From an uncultured Chloroflexia bacterium (GTDB lineage Bacteria > Chloroflexota > Limnocylindria > Limnocylindrales > CSP1-4), in the NCBI GenBank assembly GCA_963718285.1, contig CAVQYU010000005.1, positions 690,552 through 754,551 on the forward strand: a stretch of 64,000 nucleotides of DNA, in the 5' to 3' direction. Shown here piece by piece: positions 34,090-46,218 of the stretch. Below the pieces are notes generated by a model. It ran no database searches. It saw only the letters and a program-made list of their open reading frames with translations, and was not told where the DNA came from. Both the position numbers and the translations under genes were made by a program. Numbering within the stretch: position 1 is the first letter of the stretch; each line of letters starts with the position of its first letter.

Positions 34090-34128
34090 GCGAACGGCGG
34101 CCGCCGTCATCGGCGACAATCGGGCGGC

Positions 34129-35233
34129 ATGCAGATCGCCATCGTGGGTCTGGCCGGATCGGGCAAGACCACCGTCTTCAATACCCTGACCCGGGGCCAC
34201 GCCGAGACCGGTGGATTCGGCGGGATGCAGCTCAACGTCGGGGTGGTCAAGGTCCCCGACGAGCGGCTCGACCGGCTGGCGGCAATCTTCAAGCCCAAGA
34301 AGATCGTCCAGGCCGACGTCACCTATGCCGACCTGCCCGCGCCACCGGCGTCGTCCGACGGCCGGATCGGGACCGAGGAGCTGCCGGCCGAGCACCTCGC
34401 CCGCCTGCGCGACGCTGATGCCCTTCTCCACGTGGTGCGCGCGTTCGAGGATGCCTCGGCGCCCCATCCGGACGGATCGGTCGATCCCTGGCGGGATATC
34501 GAACGGCTCGACCTCGAGTTCGTCCTGGCCGACCTGTCGATGGCCGAGCGCCGGCTCGAGCGGCTCAAGGCGACCGGCCGGCACGGCACGCCCGCCGAGC
34601 GCGAGTCGAATGAGCGCGAGGAGGCGGTCCTCGAGCCGGATCCACGCCGGATTGGTGACCGGTTCGCCGATCCGCGATGTCGAGCTCGACGACGACGAGG
34701 AAAAGGCCCTGCGTGGCTTCCGCTTCCTCAGCCAGAAGCCGGTCCTGGTCCTGCTCAACGTGGGCGAGGGCGACATCGCCCGCGAGGCCGAGATCGTCGC
34801 CGGGATTGCCGATCGCTACGAGCACCGCGAGGCGATCGTCGATGCCCTCTCGGCCCGGATCGAGATGGAGCTGGGCGAGCTCCAGCCGGACGAAGCCGGC
34901 GCGTTCATGGACGAGCTTGGGATCCACGGCTCGAGCCTCGACCGGGTGATCGCCCTGTCGTATCGCCTGCTCGGCCTGGTCAGCTTCCTGACCGCCGGTC
35001 CAGATGAGGTCCGGGCCTGGCCGATCGCGCAGGGCTCAACCGCGGTCGACGCGGCCGGGGCGATCCACACCGACCTGGCCCGCGGCTTCATCCGGGCCGA
35101 GACGGTGTCCTACGAGGACTTGCTCGAGCTGGGCTCGATGGCCGAGGCGCGCAAGCACGGCCGGCTGCGCTCCGAGGGCAAGACCTACATCGTCAAGGAC
35201 GGCGACGTGCTCGAGGTCTTGTTCAGCAAGTAG
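34129..35233 (+). CDS. ychF: Redox-regulated ATPase YchF (frameshift at about 34635)
   Basis: GLAGSGKTTVFN, VPDERL, HVVRAF, FLTAG..EVRAW, AAGAIHTD..RGFIRAE, RSEGKTYIVKDGD. Confidence 0.92.
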
Positions 35234-35242
35234 CCCCTCCGG

Positions 35243-37849
<2,607 letters not shown>

Positions 37850-37882
37850 CCGCGCCTCCGGTCTTCGCCGGCCCAGGCCCGC

Positions 37883-38287
37883 CTAGTTCAGGTTCGGATC
37901 GCGGTTCGGGCGGAGCTCGGCGATGACCGCCCGGTAGTCGGGCAGGTCGTCCTCGTCGATGTCGTTCTCGTCAATGTCCTCGTCGCCCCAATCGGGACCC
38001 TCGTCGGCCGCCGCTTCGATCGGGGTCAGCTTGGTGTCCTCGGTGTTCGGGCTGACGAAGACCGACGCGATCAGGCGGTCATCGGTGACCGGGGTGAAGC
38101 CCTGCTCCTCCTCGAGGATCCGGGCCACGGCGGCGATCAAGGTGTCGTCCTCGAAGGACTCACGCACCCGGACGCTGGCCGCCTGGACGAGCTCGAAGAA
38201 TTCATCCGGTTCAAAGCGCTCTTCATGGACGAGAATGAGGTCCGAGAAGATGTCGCCTTCGCCCTCGTGGAGTTCGTAGAAGTACAT
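37883..38287 (-). CDS. Acidic hypothetical protein
   Basis: MYFYELHEGEGDIFSD..., 134 aa, very Asp/Glu-rich; TATCGT -10 box 6 nt upstream. Confidence 0.75.
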   Translation of the reverse strand: MYFYELHEGEGDIFSDLILVHEERFEPDEFFELVQAASVRVRESFEDDTLIAAVARILEEEQGFTPVTDDRLIASVFVSPNTEDTKLTPIEAAADEGPDWGDEDIDENDIDEDDLPDYRAVIAELRPNRDPNLN

Positions 38288-39218
38288 GACGTCACGATAC
38301 CCCCAGCGCGGCGACTTCGATGTCGTCCACGTGGCGAGCGCCTGTCGCGACCTCGCCCCGGACGATCCGCGCGGCTGGCGCCTCGGCGGCGGCGTCACCT
38401 ATGCCGCGCTGACCACGGCCCGCCTCGGCCTGCGCACGGCAGCGCTGATCGGGGCGGACGCGCTTGCCAGCAAGGCCGTCGAGCTGGAGCTGTTGCGCGA
38501 CGCGGGTGTCGTCGTCCGGATCGAGGAGCTGGCCCACGGACCGGTCTTCGACAATGTCGAGACGCCCACCGGGCGCGTCCAGACCTGCCTCGATCCGGGT
38601 GATCCGGTGACCGTGGTGACCCTGCCCGAGAGCTGGCTCGCGGCCCCGGTCTGGCTCGTGGTTCCGGTGGCCAACGAGACCCGGGACGAGTGGGCTGCCG
38701 CGATCCCGCCCGAGGCCAAGCTCGGCCTGGGCTGGCAGGGCCTGCTCCGGGTCCTGATCGCCGGCGAGCGGGTGCGCCGCCTGCCACCGGCCTCGACGCC
38801 GCTGATCCGGCGGGCCAACCTGGTCAGCGTCAGCCGGAACGATCTCGAGCCCGGCACCGACGTGCACGACCTGGCCACGATGCTCCAGCCGGGCGCCCAG
38901 CTGGTCGTGACCAACGGCCGGGCCGGTGGACACTTGCTCGTTGCCCCGGACCTCGAGCGCGAGCCGCCCCAGGGCCGGCACTACCGGCCGCTGGACGCGA
39001 CCGAGGTGGACCCGACCGGGGCCGGCGACATCTTCATGGCCGCGCTCGTCGCCGCCCTGTGGCTCGAGGGCCCGGCCGAAGAGCCGATCGATGAGGTCGC
39101 CGCCCTGCGCTGGGCCGCGGCGGCCGCGGCACTTGCGGTGGAGCGGATCGGCTTGCCGGCCGTCCCCAATCGAAACGAGGTCCTGGAACGAATGGAGCTG
39201 GCCGCCCGACCATCCTGA
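38286..39218 (+). CDS. PfkB family carbohydrate kinase
   Basis: LGGGVTYAA, VVTNGRAG, VDPTGAGDIF. Confidence 0.85.
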   Translation: MTSRYPQRGDFDVVHVASACRDLAPDDPRGWRLGGGVTYAALTTARLGLRTAALIGADALASKAVELELLRDAGVVVRIEELAHGPVFDNVETPTGRVQTCLDPGDPVTVVTLPESWLAAPVWLVVPVANETRDEWAAAIPPEAKLGLGWQGLLRVLIAGERVRRLPPASTPLIRRANLVSVSRNDLEPGTDVHDLATMLQPGAQLVVTNGRAGGHLLVAPDLEREPPQGRHYRPLDATEVDPTGAGDIFMAALVAALWLEGPAEEPIDEVAALRWAAAAAALAVERIGLPAVPNRNEVLERMELAARPS

Positions 39219-39239
39219 CCGCCCCGCGCGACGGTCAGC

Positions 39240-39734
39240 TCAGGACGGGCCCTCAAGGGGCATCACCATGATCTGGATCGCCAGGTCGGTGTCGTCCCGG
39301 AGCGGGTACTGGTCGCCCGTCTCGACGAATCCAAGGCTTCGATAGAGCGCAATTGCGGCGCTGTTCGTGGTCGTGACGCCGAGGCCCAGGGCGGGATACC
39401 CGGCCGCGATCGCCCACTCTCTGACGGCGTCGACGAGCGCAACCCCGACGCCCTGCCGGCGTGCAATCGGGTCGACCCACATCGAGAACAGCCCTGCAAC
39501 ACCGGGTCGCGCGGGCGCCGGGCCCCCGCCCGCGAGTCCAACCAGCCCGTCCGGTCCGTCCGCCACGAACACTGCGCCGTCGGGTCGGTTCGCCCGTCGC
39601 TGCCAATCCTCGTCGGTCAGGCTCGATTCGTGGGCCAAAGTGGCCCCGAACGCGTCGGGCGAGTCACCGAGGGCTCGAAGCCGGATGACGCGATAGGCCT
39701 GCCACTCATCCGGCTTCAGTCGCCTGACTGCCAT
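39240..39734 (-). CDS. GNAT N-acetyltransferase
   Basis: SMWVDPIARRQGVG, N..AIALYRSLGF. Confidence 0.88.
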   Translation of the reverse strand: MAVRRLKPDEWQAYRVIRLRALGDSPDAFGATLAHESSLTDEDWQRRANRPDGAVFVADGPDGLVGLAGGGPAPARPGVAGLFSMWVDPIARRQGVGVALVDAVREWAIAAGYPALGLGVTTTNSAAIALYRSLGFVETGDQYPLRDDTDLAIQIMVMPLEGPS

Positions 39735-40201
39735 CAGATTTGCTTGAGCATTGTCACGTCGGTCTCGAGATAGCCACTCGAGCGATACAGGTTCCGGGCT
39801 GCCTCGTTCGAACCGAAGACGTGCAGCCGGATCGAGCTGTAGCCGAGCTCTCGGGCGAACGGCTCGAGCGCTGCCATCGTCGCCCGGCCGTGGCCCTGGC
39901 CCCGAAACTCGGCCTCGATCAGCAGGTCCCAGATGAACAGCGAGCCCAGCCCGATCTCAGTGTCCGCGCCGACCCAGACCGAGCCGACCGTCGCGCCATC
40001 GTCGCGCAGGATCCACAGGAAGGCATGCCCTGGCGTGGCCTGGCCGGCTGGGAGGAGGCTCTCGAACTCCTTGGCCGAGCGGCCTTCGGCGCCTTCCGGC
40101 GGCCAGCGGCCTAGCCCGACCATCTCCTCGACATGCGCGGCGTTCGCCCGCGCGGCCCAGGCCGGCCAGCTCTCCGCGGACATCGGACGGAGGGTCACCA
40201 T
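39734..40201 (-). CDS. GNAT N-acetyltransferase
   Basis: FRGQGHG, LHVFGSNEAARNLYRSSGY; leaderless TATCCT box. Confidence 0.88.
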   Translation of the reverse strand: MVTLRPMSAESWPAWAARANAAHVEEMVGLGRWPPEGAEGRSAKEFESLLPAGQATPGHAFLWILRDDGATVGSVWVGADTEIGLGSLFIWDLLIEAEFRGQGHGRATMAALEPFARELGYSSIRLHVFGSNEAARNLYRSSGYLETDVTMLKQI

Positions 40202-40217
40202 CGTCCGAGGATAGCCC

Positions 40218-41588
40218 TCAGCCGCGGCCGGACACGTTGACCCGCCGGTTGAGCCGGATTCGTCGCCGGCCGAGGTCTGCCTCGATGCCCCGTAGGGGAC
40301 GCCCAAGGAACCGCGAACGGCGGGCCAGCTGGTCGGCGGCGGCGCAGGCTCCCAACGCGCCAGCCGGGTCACGCTCTCGATGTTCGAGGCACTTGGCCAC
40401 CTCGATCCAGGCCAGCGCGGCATCCGGCCCCCCTGATCGGGCGACATCCCGCCATGCCTCGAGCGCCTCGCGGTGCCGTCCGAGGCGTCGAAGGAGCCGT
40501 GCCCGCTCGACGATGATGTCGAGCCGGGGCGGACATGGGCCGGTCTCGGCGGCGTCCGCCCGAGTGGTCAAGATCGTGGTCCAGGAGCGCCGGAGCGGAG
40601 CCGAGCGATCGGTCTGGCTCGCCTGGCCGGCGAGGGCCGCGACGATCGGACGGGGCGGACCCTCGAGCGCGGCATCGAGGCAGTCGAGGGCGTCGTTGTC
40701 ACGCCCAGTTCGGCGAAAGGCACGAGCCAGGCCGACCAGGTCCCCGGCCGGGGCGAGGCGCCGTTGCGAGATCGCGCCGAGTCGTTGCTCCATGTGGGCC
40801 AGCAGCCGGGCGAGCGAGCGGACGTCCTCGTGGTTGTGGCGAACGATCTCGGCGATCGGCTGCACCGGACCGCCGCGGAGCATCTCGAGGTAGCGCCCCG
40901 GGATCTCCCAGCCGTCGATGTCGTGTCCGCGGCGCATCCCCAGCAGCTCGGTCTCGACCGTCTTGAGGCGCGCGTCGCTCATCCGGTGGCGGAAGATCCG
41001 GCGGACAAACGGGAGCAGGTCCAGATGCCCGGCCAGCGGCGGTGGCGTGCGCCGGTTCATCCGGAAGCGGGCCACGAGCAGGGGCCAGTCGAAGCTTCGC
41101 CCGTTGTAGGTCACGAGCCATGCCTCGGGCGGCAGGAATCCGGCCAGGGCGTCGAGCAGGCCAGCCTCTCCAGCCTCGTCCGGGAGCAGGAGCTGGGCCT
41201 GCTGGAAGAGATCGCCCTCCCACCAGCCGAGGCCGACCAGGAAGGCCAGGGTGCCGGCCCCGGTCGCCAGGCCGGTCGTCTCGGTATCGAGGCAGACCAG
41301 CTTGACCTCCGGGCCTGGGTGGCCGGGCAGGCTTGCGCTCCGATCTCGGTCGATCGGCAAGGCCACCGGCGACGGTTCGATCAGGACGTGGCCACCGCCT
41401 GGGCCATTGACCCGGCGGCCGCCCAGGGCTTCGGCGAGGCGCTGGGCACGAGCGTCCGCGGACCGGGCGAGGCCCGACCAGGCCGGTTCGGCTGGCGGAC
41501 GCAGGCCCCCTGTGACCCGGTCTCGCTCGGCATCGCGGGCGATCCGGAATCGACCGAGCCGGCGTTCGAGGATCGCCGCGTCGCTCAT
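40218..41588 (-). CDS. mrfB: RNase H-like exonuclease with TPR-like C-terminus (YprB/MrfB)
   Basis: LDTETTGL, VTYNGRSFD, HLDLL, HNHEDV; adjacent to a DUF1998 helicase. Confidence 0.82.
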   Translation of the reverse strand: MSDAAILERRLGRFRIARDAERDRVTGGLRPPAEPAWSGLARSADARAQRLAEALGGRRVNGPGGGHVLIEPSPVALPIDRDRSASLPGHPGPEVKLVCLDTETTGLATGAGTLAFLVGLGWWEGDLFQQAQLLLPDEAGEAGLLDALAGFLPPEAWLVTYNGRSFDWPLLVARFRMNRRTPPPLAGHLDLLPFVRRIFRHRMSDARLKTVETELLGMRRGHDIDGWEIPGRYLEMLRGGPVQPIAEIVRHNHEDVRSLARLLAHMEQRLGAISQRRLAPAGDLVGLARAFRRTGRDNDALDCLDAALEGPPRPIVAALAGQASQTDRSAPLRRSWTTILTTRADAAETGPCPPRLDIIVERARLLRRLGRHREALEAWRDVARSGGPDAALAWIEVAKCLEHRERDPAGALGACAAADQLARRSRFLGRPLRGIEADLGRRRIRLNRRVNVSGRG

Positions 41589-41589
41589 C

Positions 41590-43908
41590 TCAGGCGGCGA
41601 CGACCGGTGTGGCGGCGGCCAGGGTTCGAAGGAGGCGCAAGGCCAGGGCCCGCGCGTCAATCCCGGGTTCGAGGCGGGGACCCGTGCAGCTCGGACAGCC
41701 GCCCTCGCAATCACATCCCGCGATCAGGTCGGCCGCCCCGGCGATCAGCTCATCGGTGCGCTCGAACAGGCGCTCCGCGAGGCCGACGCCGCCGGGCACG
41801 GTCTCGTACAGGTAGATCGTGGGTGCTTCGTGATGCGGCGAGCGGACCTGGCTGACGAGGCCAAGGTCGCGCGGGTCGACCATCAGCAGGAAGCTGGCCA
41901 CGGCCTGGAGGGCGCGGCCTGCCCCGACCAGCCCGATGTCGAGCTCGTTCCGGCGCCACGTTCCGCCTGGCCCGGTGGTGACCTGGGCGGGATCGAGGGT
42001 CAGCCAGGCTGCCGTGGTCTGCAGCTCGATCTCGGGCAGGTGGATCCGGCCCCAGCCCAGGTTCTCGTTGGTGATGAACTTGAGCTTCTTGTAGATGGTG
42101 GCGAGGCTGGCGACCATGACCTCGCCGTGCTCGCGCCGGCCGCCCGGCAGTCCGGCCGAGGCGAAGACGTCGAGCGGCTTGAGGGTGACGGCCGTGTCCG
42201 CCTGGGTGTAGTGGTCGACGTCGACCCGCCGGACATAGGCCTTGCGCTCGTCCCAGTCGAGCCGGTCGACGTGGAACTGGGCCGACTCGTGGAGGTAGAT
42301 CGCATCCTCGTGAACGGCCGTCTGCGCCCCGAACAGGTCGATCTCGCCGATGACCCGGGGCCGATCGGGGGTGGTGTCGATGATCACGACGTTCTCCGAG
42401 GCAGCCGTTCGAAGGGAGATCGACGACGCCGGGAAGTTCTCGCTCGACCAGTACCAGCGGCCATCGCCGGCCTGCCGGACGTGGTGCTCCTCGGCCAGGA
42501 AGGCGAGCAGGTCGTCAGCCGGGCCCGGGCCAAAGACCTCGCCCGGCTCGAACGGCAACTCGAACGTAGCCGCCTTCAGGTGGGCCAGCAGGATGTGCAG
42601 GTTGTCCGGATCGATCCGGGCCTCCTCGGGCGCTCCGGTAAGCAGGTACTCCGGGTGGTGGATGACGTACTGGTCGACCGGCGAGCCGCTGGCGATGACC
42701 ACGGCCACGCTCACCCCGCTCCGCCGGCCCGCCCGCCCGATCTGCTGCCAGGTACCGGCGACCGAGCCGGGATAGCCCGCGATCACGGCCGCATCGAGCC
42801 GTCCGATGTCGACCCCCAGCTCGAGGGCATTGGTGGCGACCACGCCGAGGACCTCCCCGCTGCGGAGGCCCTGCTCGATCGAGCGCCGCTCGGTCGGCAG
42901 GTACCCACCGCGATAGCCCCGGACCCGGGAGCGCGGCCCGGCATGCTCGCGGAGCGACTCGCGCAGGCCCGTCAGCAGGAGTTCGACCGAGGTCCGCGAG
43001 CGTCCGAACACGATCGTCTGGCGACCCGCCCGCAGGAACGGCAGAGCCCAGCGATTGGCCAGGGTCAGGGCCGAGCCGCGGGCGCCGGTGGCAGCGTCGA
43101 TCAGTGGGGGATCGACCAGCAACAGATGGCGCTCGCCGGCCGGCGCGCCGTTCCGGTCGACCAGCCGGGGTGTGCGCCCGGTCAGGGTCGTGGCCAGCTC
43201 GAGCGGATTGCCGATCGTGGCCGAGCAGGACACGATCAGCGGCTTCGAGCCGTAGTGGGCGCACAACCGGAGCAATCGGCGCAGGACGTTGGCGACGTGG
43301 CTGCCGAACACGCCCCGATAGGTATGGAGCTCATCGACCACGATGACCTGGAGCTGCTCGAACAGCTGAAACCACTTGGTGTGGTGGGGCAGGATCGCCG
43401 CGTGGAGCATGTCGGGGTTGGTCACGACCACCTGACCGGCCGTGCGGATGGCCGAGCGAATCGGCGCCGGCGTGTCGCCGTCGTAGGTGGCCGTCGAGAC
43501 GTCCAGCTCGGACAGGGCGGCCAGCGTGCTGAACTCGGCGACCTGGTCCTGGCCCAGGGCCTTGGTCGGGAACAGGAACAGGGCCCGCGCGGAGCGATCG
43601 TCGGCCAGGGCCTGGAGAACGGGCAGGGTGTAGCACAGGGACTTGCCTGAGGCCGTGGGCGTGACGATCGCCACGTCGTGGCCGGCATGGATCGCTTCGA
43701 TCGCCTCGGCCTGGTGGGTGTACAGGCTGGTGATCCCGCGCTGCTCGAGGCCGTGCTTGATCCGGGGGTCAAGCCAGTCCGGCAGTGGCGCGATCCGGGC
43801 GGCCCGGGCGGGGATCCGTTCGTGATGGACGACCCCCCGAGCCATCGACGGCTCGGCGAGCAGGTCATCCAGGACCCGATCGACAGTGGCAGGAGCGTAG
43901 GTCCGCAT
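41590..43908 (-). CDS. mrfA: DEAD/DEAH-box helicase with DUF1998 zinc domain (YprA/MrfA)
   Basis: LYTHQ, TPTASGKS, PTKALGQDQ, DELH, SATIGNP, ATNALELGVDIG, GRAGRR, CDCEGGCPSC. Confidence 0.9.
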   Translation of the reverse strand: MRTYAPATVDRVLDDLLAEPSMARGVVHHERIPARAARIAPLPDWLDPRIKHGLEQRGITSLYTHQAEAIEAIHAGHDVAIVTPTASGKSLCYTLPVLQALADDRSARALFLFPTKALGQDQVAEFSTLAALSELDVSTATYDGDTPAPIRSAIRTAGQVVVTNPDMLHAAILPHHTKWFQLFEQLQVIVVDELHTYRGVFGSHVANVLRRLLRLCAHYGSKPLIVSCSATIGNPLELATTLTGRTPRLVDRNGAPAGERHLLLVDPPLIDAATGARGSALTLANRWALPFLRAGRQTIVFGRSRTSVELLLTGLRESLREHAGPRSRVRGYRGGYLPTERRSIEQGLRSGEVLGVVATNALELGVDIGRLDAAVIAGYPGSVAGTWQQIGRAGRRSGVSVAVVIASGSPVDQYVIHHPEYLLTGAPEEARIDPDNLHILLAHLKAATFELPFEPGEVFGPGPADDLLAFLAEEHHVRQAGDGRWYWSSENFPASSISLRTAASENVVIIDTTPDRPRVIGEIDLFGAQTAVHEDAIYLHESAQFHVDRLDWDERKAYVRRVDVDHYTQADTAVTLKPLDVFASAGLPGGRREHGEVMVASLATIYKKLKFITNENLGWGRIHLPEIELQTTAAWLTLDPAQVTTGPGGTWRRNELDIGLVGAGRALQAVASFLLMVDPRDLGLVSQVRSPHHEAPTIYLYETVPGGVGLAERLFERTDELIAGAADLIAGCDCEGGCPSCTGPRLEPGIDARALALRLLRTLAAATPVVAA

Positions 43909-43923
43909 CGGGGTCCTCCATAT

Positions 43924-43937
43924 CGAACGGATGTGCG
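43924..43937. promoter_or_regulatory. Putative LexA (SOS) box upstream of mrfA
   Basis: CGAAC-GGAT-GTGCG, one mismatch to CGAAC-N4-GTTCG; lies between the minus-strand TGCTAGACT -10 (43948-43956) and the start codon. Confidence 0.55.
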
Positions 43938-44061
43938 AAACAGATGGAGTCTAGCAGCACGATGCGGCGCGGTTGCGACACCTTTGGTGTCACGCCACGA
44001 GCGGGGCCCGAGAGACGGCTGCGTTTGACACGTCGAGCTGCGCGTCAGCTACGCTGCGCCG

Positions 44062-44571
44062 ATGACCGGCCGGCCTGACGAACCGCGCGACTTGCCCGAC
44101 GACCCTCGGGACCCGGCTCCCACGAACCAGGATCCGGGCGACGGCCTGCTCGCCCGCGGTCGTGACCTGGCCGGCCTGTCGGTGGCCGGGATCACCCGCC
44201 GCCGGATCGCCATCCTCATGGCGGCCCTCCTGTGCGCCTGGATCGTGCTGGCCCTGTCACGCCAGGTCGGCGAAGCGGCCGACGCCACGAATCGGGCCCG
44301 CCAGCTGGGCGCGGCCAACCAGCAGCTGAACGCTCAGATCCAGACCCTGACCGAAGAGCGGACGCTGATCCAGCAGCAGACCTACATCGAGATCGAGGCC
44401 CGGGCCCACGGCCTCGGTGGCCGCAACGAGCGTCCCTTCAGCCTGGCCGCGGACGCTCCGTCCCTGCCGCCCGACGCGCCGGGCAGCGCCTCGGCGGCGC
44501 TCGGTGCCAGCCCCACGCTGACCGGCCCACTCGACGCCTGGCTCGACCTGCTCTTCGGTCCCGGCCACTAG
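44062..44571 (+). CDS. Septum formation initiator (FtsB/DivIC-like) protein
   Basis: TM helix followed by a coiled coil and YIEIEARAHGL...E; TTGACA (44025) and TACGCT (44050) promoter elements. Confidence 0.65.
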   Translation: MTGRPDEPRDLPDDPRDPAPTNQDPGDGLLARGRDLAGLSVAGITRRRIAILMAALLCAWIVLALSRQVGEAADATNRARQLGAANQQLNAQIQTLTEERTLIQQQTYIEIEARAHGLGGRNERPFSLAADAPSLPPDAPGSASAALGASPTLTGPLDAWLDLLFGPGH

Positions 44572-44644
44572 CCCGTCTCGCTAGCTCGCGCCCGGTCGCG
44601 CTAGCCCCCCGACGGCGGAGCCGCTCGGATGGCACGATCAGCCG

Positions 44645-45790
44645 ATGCACCGGCCCGTCCTGACCGCTGCCCAGCTCTCACGGGCAACCCTGGCTCGGCA
44701 GCTCCTGCTCGAGCGTGCCCGGCTCGACCCCACCCTGGCCATCGAGCGTCTCGTCGCCCTCCAGGCCCAGGAGCCGGCATCGCCCCACATCGCGCTGTGG
44801 TCGAGGCTCGCCGACTATCGGGCGGCTGACCTGAACGAAGCGTTCGATGCTCGCCGGGTCGTCAAGGGCACCCTCCTGCGAGTCACCCTCCACGCGGTCA
44901 GCGCCCGCGACTACCTGCGCTACTGGCCGGCCGTCGAGCCGAGCATCCGGCAATGGCGCTCGAGGATCATCCGGCAGCTGGCCCTCGAGCCAGACCTCGA
45001 GCGGCTGGCTGCCCAGGCGGCGGCCTTTGGAAGCGAGCCGAGGACGGGCAAGGAAATGAGCGAGCACCTGCCGAGGCTCGCGACGGGCGTCGGACCGGCC
45101 GGCCAGACGGACGCGTGGTGGGCCATCCGGCCGTTGCTGCCGTTCCTGATGGCGCCCGGCGAACCGCCCTGGTCGTTCGGGCGCCGGCCCCGGTTCGTCG
45201 CTGCCCCGGCCTGGCTCGAGGCCAACCTGGCTCCCTCGAGCGAGGGCCTCGATCACCTCATCCGACGCTACCTCACCGGGTTCGGGCCGGCCGGGGTGGA
45301 CGACCTGCACCAATTCACCCACGTCCCCACGTCGGTCCTGAGACTGGCCCTGGCGGGCCTCGAGGAGGAGCTCGTGGCCTTCGAGGACGAGCTCGGCCGA
45401 CGGTTGTTCGACGTACCCGGCGGTCTCCTGCCGCCGGGCGATCTGCCCGCCCCGGTCCGGTTCCTGCCGATGTGGGACAGCCTCTTGCTGGCCTATCGCA
45501 ATCGGAGCCGGGTCCTGCCGGAGCCCTACCGACGACGAGTGATCCAGCCCAACGGCGACTTCCTGCCCTCGTTCATGGTCGACGGCCTCGTCGCCGGGCT
45601 GTGGCGGGCCGACGTCGTGGCCGGCCGCACCCGGATCAGCCCGCTCCCATTCGCGCCCCTGGCGCCGGACGTCGCCGCGGAGGTCGCCGAGGAGGCCGAC
45701 CGGCTGGCCGCATTCCTCGAGCCGCTGGATCCGGCGGTCTACTCGCGCTACGCGATCACCTGGATGAAAGGGACGGAGCCAGCCGGCTGA
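44645..45790 (+). CDS. AlkZ/YcaQ-like (HTH_42) winged-helix DNA glycosylase
   Basis: RATLARQLLLER, LQAQE (QxQ), LWSRL, RVTLH, YLTGFGPA, RFLPMWD, VDGLVAGLW. Confidence 0.85.
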   Translation: MHRPVLTAAQLSRATLARQLLLERARLDPTLAIERLVALQAQEPASPHIALWSRLADYRAADLNEAFDARRVVKGTLLRVTLHAVSARDYLRYWPAVEPSIRQWRSRIIRQLALEPDLERLAAQAAAFGSEPRTGKEMSEHLPRLATGVGPAGQTDAWWAIRPLLPFLMAPGEPPWSFGRRPRFVAAPAWLEANLAPSSEGLDHLIRRYLTGFGPAGVDDLHQFTHVPTSVLRLALAGLEEELVAFEDELGRRLFDVPGGLLPPGDLPAPVRFLPMWDSLLLAYRNRSRVLPEPYRRRVIQPNGDFLPSFMVDGLVAGLWRADVVAGRTRISPLPFAPLAPDVAAEVAEEADRLAAFLEPLDPAVYSRYAITWMKGTEPAG

Positions 45791-45845
45791 CGGGTTGGCG
45801 CTCCGACCGAGGGTTGGGTACCATTCGCGACCGGGGCTGACCCGC

Positions 45846-45920
45846 GGCGGAGTAGCTCAGTGGTAGAGCAGGGGACTCATAAGCCCTGTGTCGCAAGTCC
45901 GATTCTTGCCTCCGCTACCA
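45846..45920 (+). tRNA. tRNA-Met (CAT), probably elongator
   Basis: Acceptor stem GGCGGAG/CTCCGCT, D-arm GCTC/GAGC, anticodon loop CTCATAA, T-stem GCAAG/CTTGC, encoded CCA. Confidence 0.93.
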
Positions 45921-45986
45921 AATCTTCCAATCCCACCCAGCAGGCCGCGTCCGGCGCCGGCCGCCTGCCGCGGCTGTTCGTCGAAA

Positions 45987-46157
45987 TTGCCAAATCCTTC
46001 CCAGTTGACGGCTTAGGCAACCGACGGGGCGCTTTGACCGGCCCGCGACATCCGGCATGTCCAATTCCACGCTCAGCCGACGCGCCTGGATCCTGCCCGA
46101 ACACGGAATCCTGGCCTGCCAAGTTGCGTAAGCCTCGTTTGGTGAACGATTTGGCAA
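45987..46157. repeat. 171-bp element with imperfect ~36-bp inverted termini (E3), related to E1/E2
   Basis: Left end TTGCCAAATCCTTC...GGCTTAGGCAAC versus reverse complement of right end TTGCCAAATCGTTC...GGCTTACGCAAC; central AATTCCACGCTCAGCCGAC. Confidence 0.75.
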
Positions 46158-46218
46158 CGCCGCGCGGCAAACAGCGGTTCACGCGACGCCACCTGGCAGC
46201 ACCGCGCGGCAAACAGCG
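46152..46218. repeat. Direct repeat x2 with 42-bp period
   Basis: CCGCGCGGCAAACAGCG at 46160-46176 and 46202-46218, each preceded by TGGCA. Confidence 0.8.
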
